A stretch of DNA of 23,642 nt from Candidatus Krumholzibacteriota bacterium (GTDB lineage Bacteria > Krumholzibacteriota > Krumholzibacteriia > LZORAL124-64-63), in contig JBDLKA010000054.1 in NCBI GenBank assembly GCA_039714075.1, positions 1-23,642 on the forward strand. The letters run 5' to 3'. The notes beneath the pieces are model-generated. The model was given only the letters and a program-made list of their open reading frames with translations. It was not told where the DNA came from and made no database searches. Below, one piece after another: positions 18,018 to 23,642 of the stretch; the stretch's first letter is position 1; every line of letters starts with the position of its first letter. Both the position numbers and the translations under genes were made by a program.

Positions 18018-19124
18018 CTATCCAGCGGATTCCCGACCACCCCGCCGCACCGCGGCAACCATCACGCCCAGAAAAAGCAGCAGGGCCACCTCGTTGAGCA
18101 ACCCGCCCCAGCGGCGTCCGGTCAGCCACTGGGCATGATTTGCTCCCACACGCATGAGCAGGGAGGCGTGCAATAAAATGAGCGGTAGAAAAAAGTGCCC
18201 GCGGTAGTCCACCACCTTGCCCGTGAGGGCGGGTACGATGATGGGCGCGTGGCCAAAGATCATTGTAAGTACAAAACCCACATAGAGAGTGTGCAGGTTG
18301 ACGTCGTAGTGGGAGCCGGCCAGTTCGCCCGGGCTGGTCAGGAGGGAAAGACCGCTCACAATCAGCCAGACATAACCCGAGAGCAGACAGATGGCCGTGT
18401 AACGGGTCACACCGCTCATGCGCACGGTCCGGCGGGCGATGTCGTTCATGATCAGCCAGGCGCCCAGGACGAAGAAGGAAAAACCCATGACCCGGTCGGC
18501 GACCGAGCGGTCGAACAAGGCAATTATCCCACTGGCCGCCAGCAGTATCACGGCCAGTCCGAAGACAGCTCCGGAACCCCGCCGGGGCCGCAGAAAACGG
18601 TTCAGCTCCAGCCGTTCGCCGGCGATGGTCGCAACCAGGAAAACACTCCAGAAAGGCACCGCCGCCGGGATGGATTGTCCCGCAAGCAGCAGGAGGTTGG
18701 CGAACAGGTAGGCCACCGCGCCAAGCCCCATGATGGCGTTGAAAAAAGTCGTCTCCCGCCGCAGGATCGCCGCGAAAATACACACCAGGCCTATTCCACC
18801 CAGAACAAAAAGGGCCGCGCCGACCTGGAGGAAGAATTGCTGGGCGATCGGCGAGGCGCCGCCGGCCAGCGCCATCAGGGCGCCCAGGCCATTGGCCGCC
18901 ACCGCCAGCCAGGCCCAGACCCTGCCCAGGGCGGAGGCCCGCTCGGCGGCGATCACCGTGCCCAGAAAACCGCTCACCATGAGGGCACCGTGAAGTTGGG
19001 CGATATTGTCGCCGAAAGGAAGTTCCCACGGCAGCCGGATCAGACCGGCCACCAGGGCGAAGACCAACGAGAGCAGGGCGGGAATGACCAGAAAGATCGG
19101 GTTCTGTTTTTCCTGTTCGCTCAT
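18018..19124 (-). CDS. Multi-pass membrane protein with conserved-looking His (NnrS-like, tentative)
   Basis: About 12 hydrophobic segments; HGALMVSGFLGTVIAAERA, TIAGERLEL and YD..LH..YVGFV..MIFGHAP motifs. Lies 4 nt from the DUF59 gene. Confidence 0.65.
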   Translation of the reverse strand: MSEQEKQNPIFLVIPALLSLVFALVAGLIRLPWELPFGDNIAQLHGALMVSGFLGTVIAAERASALGRVWAWLAVAANGLGALMALAGGASPIAQQFFLQVGAALFVLGGIGLVCIFAAILRRETTFFNAIMGLGAVAYLFANLLLLAGQSIPAAVPFWSVFLVATIAGERLELNRFLRPRRGSGAVFGLAVILLAASGIIALFDRSVADRVMGFSFFVLGAWLIMNDIARRTVRMSGVTRYTAICLLSGYVWLIVSGLSLLTSPGELAGSHYDVNLHTLYVGFVLTMIFGHAPIIVPALTGKVVDYRGHFFLPLILLHASLLMRVGANHAQWLTGRRWGGLLNEVALLLFLGVMVAAVRRGGRESAG

Positions 19125-19128
19125 GTTC

Positions 19129-19425
19129 CTACCACCCCAGTTTCTTCCGGGCCTCGTCGGACATGCGTTCGGGGGTCCAGACGGGATCGGTGACCACCTC
19201 GACCTTTACCTCGACGCCGGGTCCGGCCGCCTTGCGCAAGGCCGCCTCGGCCTGGGAAACCAGGTGGGCATGCATGGGGCAGGCGACGCTCGTCATGATC
19301 ATGCGGACACCCACGCTGTCCGCACCGCTGTCCAGGTCGACGATGAGGCCCAGGTTGACGATGTCGATGCCGACCTCGGGATCGAGCACCGTACCCAGGG
19401 CTGCCAGGATTTCGGATTCGGTCAT
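19129..19425 (-). CDS. DUF59/SufT-like metal-sulfur cluster assembly factor
   Basis: VLDPEVGIDIVNLGLI, MTSVACPM and PVWTPERMSDEARKKLG; GGAGG RBS. Confidence 0.93.
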   Translation of the reverse strand: MTESEILAALGTVLDPEVGIDIVNLGLIVDLDSGADSVGVRMIMTSVACPMHAHLVSQAEAALRKAAGPGVEVKVEVVTDPVWTPERMSDEARKKLGW

Positions 19426-19455
19426 GGTCCCTCCCCACTCGTTTGCTGACCGTCC

Positions 19456-20958
19456 CTACTGGACAGGCCGGTAGAGCTGCCTCAGCAGGTTCAGGTCATC
19501 GGCCTTCAGAACCCTCAACCCGAACAGGGCGGCAGGATACAGTGCCGTCGTGACCAGCGTCGAAATCACGAACGCCCCCCACCCCGCATCCACCGGCAGC
19601 CGGTTCCAGGCGATGCCCCAACCTGGAAACACAACACCAACCAATAAAACCGTCACGAACCAGGCCGCCCCCAAAGCAACAGGCGGTCCGATCAACGCCC
19701 TTGAGAGCGGCGGCCGGTAATCCGTCCGGTTCAGGAAGAACACATGCAGCCCGAAACTGACCGACATGCTGGCGATGGTCGCCCACGAAGCCCCGAAGTA
19801 CGAGTAGGCGGGAATCAGGAACCAGTTCAGCGCGATGTTCACCAGCATCGACACCAGCCCGATGGTCACGAACACCTTCTCCTTGTCCGCGGTGATCAGC
19901 AGCCGGTTGAAGACCGTGGCCGCGGCCATCAACGGCAGGCCCCAGATAACGATCTGCATCACGGGGATCGAATCGTTCCAGCGGGCGCCCTTTTCGAACC
20001 AGTGGATGATGGGCTCGGAAGTGAAGGTGATCAGCAGGGTCAGCGGCAGGATCGCGATCATCATGAACCGCAGCGCGCGTTCGCCCAGCCTCACCGTGTC
20101 CTCCGTGTCCTTCATTCCGTAGCGCGCCATGGCCGGGAACAGCGCGGTTCCGATCAGCCCCGGGGCCAGCAGCATGACGTCGAAGGCCTGGTGGCCCTGT
20201 CCGTAGATACCGGCGGCGTCCGCGCTGATCATTCTCTCCAGCATGACGATGTCGATTTTGGTATAGATCACGCCGAAGGTCGTGGCCAGGAACAGGGGCA
20301 GTCCCAGTTTGGCCATGTCCCACAGGCCCGGAACGGGGCGTCCTTCCGGATCTTTCCAGGTCCACGGCCCGGTCCTGGCCAACATCAGCGGCGCCATGAC
20401 CGCCAGTCGCGCCACCTGGCTGGCCAGGTTGGCCCAGATGACGCCCATCACGCCGTGGCCCGCGCTCAGCCACCACCAACCCAACCCGAAATAGACCACC
20501 GCCGAAGCTATCTGCCCGGCCGTCTGGTACTGAACCTTTTCATGCGCCTGCAGCACCGAGTCGCAGGCCATGCCCGCCGATTCGATGAAGATGCCCAGCG
20601 TGAGAATCAGCACCGCCTCGCGGGACAGGGCGTCGTAGCCCGCCACGCTGATGAACCCGAAAATGAACAGGTAGCTGATCGCACTGACCAGCCAGCGGAT
20701 CCTCATGGTGGCCCAGAACAGCGGCAGGGTCAGGACCTTGGCACGGGTGATTTCGCGCGTCAGCAGAACGCCGAGCCCGAAGCGCGAAACCGTCAGCAGG
20801 ATGGTATTGATGCTCAGCGCCATGACCAGGATGCCCAGCCCGTCGGGACCCAGGATCGGCGTCATCTTCTTGCGCAGGAACAGCGCGAGCACACGGCCGC
20901 TGAACAGACCGATGGTCAGCAGGATGGTGTTCTTGGCGACGCTGCGTGTGGCTGACAA
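19456..20958 (-). CDS. Polysaccharide flippase (Wzx/MOP superfamily)
   Basis: VAKNT start, LGPDGLG, FGLGVLLTREI, YTKIDIVML, GIYG, LFPAMAR and NIALNWFLIP..GASWAT; about 12-14 TM segments. Confidence 0.9.
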   Translation of the reverse strand: MSATRSVAKNTILLTIGLFSGRVLALFLRKKMTPILGPDGLGILVMALSINTILLTVSRFGLGVLLTREITRAKVLTLPLFWATMRIRWLVSAISYLFIFGFISVAGYDALSREAVLILTLGIFIESAGMACDSVLQAHEKVQYQTAGQIASAVVYFGLGWWWLSAGHGVMGVIWANLASQVARLAVMAPLMLARTGPWTWKDPEGRPVPGLWDMAKLGLPLFLATTFGVIYTKIDIVMLERMISADAAGIYGQGHQAFDVMLLAPGLIGTALFPAMARYGMKDTEDTVRLGERALRFMMIAILPLTLLITFTSEPIIHWFEKGARWNDSIPVMQIVIWGLPLMAAATVFNRLLITADKEKVFVTIGLVSMLVNIALNWFLIPAYSYFGASWATIASMSVSFGLHVFFLNRTDYRPPLSRALIGPPVALGAAWFVTVLLVGVVFPGWGIAWNRLPVDAGWGAFVISTLVTTALYPAALFGLRVLKADDLNLLRQLYRPVQ

Positions 20959-20970
20959 GATCTCGTCCTC

Positions 20971-22803
20971 TTAGAATAATCCGCGCGTGATCGCGGTGAT
21001 GACCGGACCGCCGTCCCCGTTCAGGTCCCAGGCCAGGTCGATGCGCGCGATCTGGCTGTTGGCCGAACGGGTCGGCCCGAATCGTAGCCCAAAACCCGCT
21101 TCGTGGCGAATGTAGGATGAATCCCGGTCCTCGTCGCGCCACCAGGCCCGGCCCCCGCTGTAGAAGGCGGCGAAGCCCAGGCGGAACAGACCCGCGATTT
21201 CCACCGGTGTGGCCTTGCCCTGTTCGACGTTCCAGCGTACCAGCCGGTCGCCCGCCATGCCGTCGAACTCGAGGGTCCGCATGCCGCGGTCCAGACCCAG
21301 CAGAAGCGCCCGCGACCCGAGAAGGTTCTGGCCCTGGCCGTATTCGGCAAAGACGCGGGTGGTCCAGGGGCTCATCTCGGCGCCGCGGCTGAAGACCCAG
21401 CCGGTCACCAGATCGTAACGGTAGGTGCGGACGTCGCGGCGGCCGGTGTCCGCGTCGCCCGCCCCGAAAAAGAGCAGATGGCCGCCCGCCAGGGGTGACC
21501 ATTTGGTGAACCGGCCCTCGAAACGGAACCGGGATTCGGAATACCCGGTGGTCGAGCCCAGGCTGCCGCCGGTCGGGCCGGCCCTGAGATCGAAGTCGAA
21601 CTCCAGGGCGATGTCTTCCACCGGACCGTACTGCAGGACGAACCGCCCCTTGTCCCAGTTGCGACCCAGGGTGTGCAGCCAGACGTAGGGAAAAACCGTG
21701 GTGCCCTGGTCGCGCGCGAAGGGCCCTTCGGCGTCGGCCAGCCAGGTAAGATCCTCGGTCCGACCGTCGGACAGAATGTATCCAGGGTCGTTCAGGTCAA
21801 ACGTGGTTTTTGCCACCCGGACCCCGCCGCCCAGCCGCCAGAGACGCCCTTCGTCCGAATGGGTCAGGCGAAACTGGAAGCCGCCTTCCATTCCGGAATG
21901 ATGGTAGGGGAGTTTGGCGTAGAGGCTGGCGTTGCGGGCGGGATCGCCGCCCGCTGGCCCCGCGTTGCTCAGGTAGTAGCGGTGGTCCGCCAGGTTGTCC
22001 CAGAACTTCAGATCCATCATCCAGGAGTCGCCCAGGGCGTAGAAAGGCCGGCTCAGAAATACCTGGCGCAGGTAGCCGTCCTGGCGGCTGGCGTAGTCGA
22101 TGCCCAGGCTCAGGTCCGTGCCCAGCAGCCGCTGCTGCCGGAACCACGTGTTCCAGAACGAAGTGTTTTCGTCCTCCCCCAGACCCGCGCCCAGGGTGAC
22201 TCCGTGCCCCAGGAAGTTGCGGTCGGCCAGTTGGACGCTCCAGCGCTGGTCGCCCCCCGACGCCAGGGAATAGGAAAAGCTGGTGCGCAGGGTCCACGAC
22301 TCCTGGGCGGACACCTTGATGTTCACCCGGCCGTCCGCGGTGGTGTCGACCGCGGTCACTTTGACATCATTCAGGTAGCCCAGCCGGCGCAGGTTGCGTT
22401 CGGTTTCGGCGAGACGGTCCGGGACGAACGGGTCTCCCGGCCGAAAGAGAAGCTCCCGGCGCAGCACGTATTGCCGGGTGTTGAAGTGGACCCCGTTCAT
22501 GGTCCGGCGCAGCAGCCGCAGGGCGCCGTTGGTGTGCTCGATCTCGCCCGGTGAATAGATGTCGCGGGATTCGATCTCGATTTCGCCGACGGTCAGGCCG
22601 GGATCTTCGGCGGCCCCCGCGGTGGCGGCCATCAGGAACAGGCTTGTCAGGAAGAATCGGACAAACCGTCTGTCAGTGCTGCCGTTTTGACAGTTTTCTG
22701 CTGTCAGAAATCGTCGCTCACAAGCGGCGGAGCGCCGGGCGAAAGATTCCCTCAATCGGAATAATCTATTGAATACCATATGGTTGACTTTGATCATCCC
22801 CAT
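20971..22803 (-). CDS. Omp85/BamA-TamA-like outer-membrane protein with a POTRA domain (start uncertain, probably downstream of 22803)
   Basis: TRQYVLRRELLFRPGD..LAETERNLRRLGYL POTRA segment, DRNFLGHG barrel start, GMRT loop, EAGFGLRF, RIDLAW and a C-terminal Phe. The signal-like segment FFLTSLFLMAATAGA lies about 48 codons into the ORF. Confidence 0.8.
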   Translation of the reverse strand: MGMIKVNHMVFNRLFRLRESFARRSAACERRFLTAENCQNGSTDRRFVRFFLTSLFLMAATAGAAEDPGLTVGEIEIESRDIYSPGEIEHTNGALRLLRRTMNGVHFNTRQYVLRRELLFRPGDPFVPDRLAETERNLRRLGYLNDVKVTAVDTTADGRVNIKVSAQESWTLRTSFSYSLASGGDQRWSVQLADRNFLGHGVTLGAGLGEDENTSFWNTWFRQQRLLGTDLSLGIDYASRQDGYLRQVFLSRPFYALGDSWMMDLKFWDNLADHRYYLSNAGPAGGDPARNASLYAKLPYHHSGMEGGFQFRLTHSDEGRLWRLGGGVRVAKTTFDLNDPGYILSDGRTEDLTWLADAEGPFARDQGTTVFPYVWLHTLGRNWDKGRFVLQYGPVEDIALEFDFDLRAGPTGGSLGSTTGYSESRFRFEGRFTKWSPLAGGHLLFFGAGDADTGRRDVRTYRYDLVTGWVFSRGAEMSPWTTRVFAEYGQGQNLLGSRALLLGLDRGMRTLEFDGMAGDRLVRWNVEQGKATPVEIAGLFRLGFAAFYSGGRAWWRDEDRDSSYIRHEAGFGLRFGPTRSANSQIARIDLAWDLNGDGGPVITAITRGLF

Positions 22804-22814
22804 GAATTACCGAA

Positions 22815-22831
22815 TTGGCACGACCATTGAT
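22815..22831 (+). promoter_or_regulatory. Sigma54 (-24/-12)-like promoter of hsp20
   Basis: TTGGCACG-ACCA-TTGAT versus consensus TGGCACG-N4-TTGCW. The spacing is exact, but GC at -12 is replaced by GA. Confidence 0.55.
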
Positions 22832-22911
22832 TATAGGCCAGTGAAAGCAAAAATCCTGGGCCTGAATGGCTGGCCCAACTTCATACCACAAGTCCCCGAG
22901 GAGGACCAGAC

Positions 22912-23322
22912 ATGAATACCCTGTTTCCCGTGACCCGCATGCTCGACGCCGCGTTGAACAACTCCTGCAGCACCTGGAACGAAGCCGACGGTGCCGTCGG
23001 TCGCACCCCGCGCGCCGACATCCTGGAAGGCGAGAAGGAATTCCGCGTGCTGATGGATCTGCCGGGCGTTGCGCACAAGGACCTGGACCTCAGTATCGAG
23101 GACCAGACCCTGTGGGTGAAGGCCGAACGCACCGAAAGCGTTCCCGAAGGCTTCGAAGCGCGGCGCAGCGAACGCTCGGGCCACGTAACCTATAGCCGCA
23201 CCTTCAGCCTGGGCAACGCGGTCAACGTGGACGACATCAGCGCCGAGTTCAAGAACGGGGTGCTGACCATCACCCTGCCCAAGAGCGAGAAAAGTCTGCC
23301 GCGGCGGATCGAGGTCAAGTAG
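22912..23322 (+). CDS. Hsp20/alpha-crystallin small heat-shock protein
   Basis: PRADILE, DLPGV, RSER, YSRTFSL, ISAEFKNGVLTITLPK and C-terminal IEV; GAGGAGG RBS. Confidence 0.96.
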   Translation: MNTLFPVTRMLDAALNNSCSTWNEADGAVGRTPRADILEGEKEFRVLMDLPGVAHKDLDLSIEDQTLWVKAERTESVPEGFEARRSERSGHVTYSRTFSLGNAVNVDDISAEFKNGVLTITLPKSEKSLPRRIEVK

Positions 23323-23363
23323 GGACACTGGTCAAGTAGGGATACTGGTCAAGTAGGGATACT
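23313..23363 (+). repeat. Three tandem copies of a 17-bp unit GGTCAAGTAGGGA(C/T)ACT
   Basis: Copies start at 23313, 23330 and 23347; the first contains the hsp20 TAG stop. Confidence 0.92.
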
Positions 23364-23397
23364 TGGCGGGCGCAAGCCCGACCGGAGGGATCCGCAG

Positions 23398-23431
23398 GAA
23401 GGCCGGGGCGTGCACCCGGCCTTCTTTCTTT
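23398..23431 (+). terminator. Intrinsic terminator after hsp20
   Basis: GAAGGCCGGG-N7-CCCGGCCTTC followed by TTTCTTT. Confidence 0.8.
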
Positions 23432-23470
23432 GTATCATGCCCGGATTCCCGAACCTGGAGGATCGACCTG

Positions 23471-23642
23471 GTGGAACCCGGCAAAAAGGAAATGAAGGAA
23501 CTGGCCGCGGAGTATGCCCGCCGGGGCGACCCCCTGGGCTGGTTCGAGGACATCTACCTGCAGGCCGACGGCGACGCCGACAAGGTGTTATGAGCCGACC
23601 TGGAACCCAATCCCCGGCTATTGTCCTGGCTCGAAAATACCG
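23471..23642 (+). pseudogene. Methyltransferase-like gene (TPMT-like N-terminus) interrupted by TGA; 3'-partial
   Basis: GGAGG then GTG 23471. The frame reads ...GDPLGWFEDIYLQADGDADKVL*ADLEPNPRLLSWLE, matching a recalled family pattern GWFE.LY....VPWADL.PNP.L..W across the stop at 23591-23593. Confidence 0.6.

Noticed and set aside
22857..22911. RNA thermometer in the hsp20 leader
   Set aside because: Only a 4-bp GTCC/GGAC stem touches the SD sequence, and there is no ROSE or fourU motif.
23313..23363. CRISPR array
   Set aside because: The 17-bp units are contiguous, with no spacers and no cas genes.
23591..23593. A second selenocysteine, or genome-wide TGA reassignment
   Set aside because: The position appears to correspond to Trp rather than Cys, and TGA is the normal stop for many genes in this window.

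Overview
GC-rich bacterial chromosomal window of about 21 genes, with no rRNA, tRNA, CRISPR or transposase visible. In order: a 5'-truncated zinc metalloprotease; DUF2461; a TetR/PsrA-type regulator heading a TolC-MFP-RND efflux operon; a TPR protein; two tandem secreted paralogs ending in ...FGxLKALYR; a Gly-rich secreted protein; an IscA/HesB-like gene with an in-frame TGA and a SECIS-like hairpin (a probable selenoprotein that the ORF track splits); a small Cys-rich acidic protein; a SAM methyltransferase; an AGCS amino-acid symporter; a lipoprotein with five PKD-like repeats carrying His/Cys motifs; a minus-strand run (Omp85-like, flippase, DUF59, His-bearing membrane protein); Hsp20 with a sigma54-like promoter; and a methyltransferase-like ORF broken by a TGA at the window end. 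The best leads are the HesB selenoprotein, the KALYR-tailed secreted family, the putative metal-binding PKD repeats and a 16-bp palindrome bracketing the secreted-protein block. From recall, the KALYR tail suggests an FCB candidate phylum such as Krumholzibacteriota, Latescibacterota or Eisenbacteria; this is an inference. All family calls come from motif recognition, not database searches.
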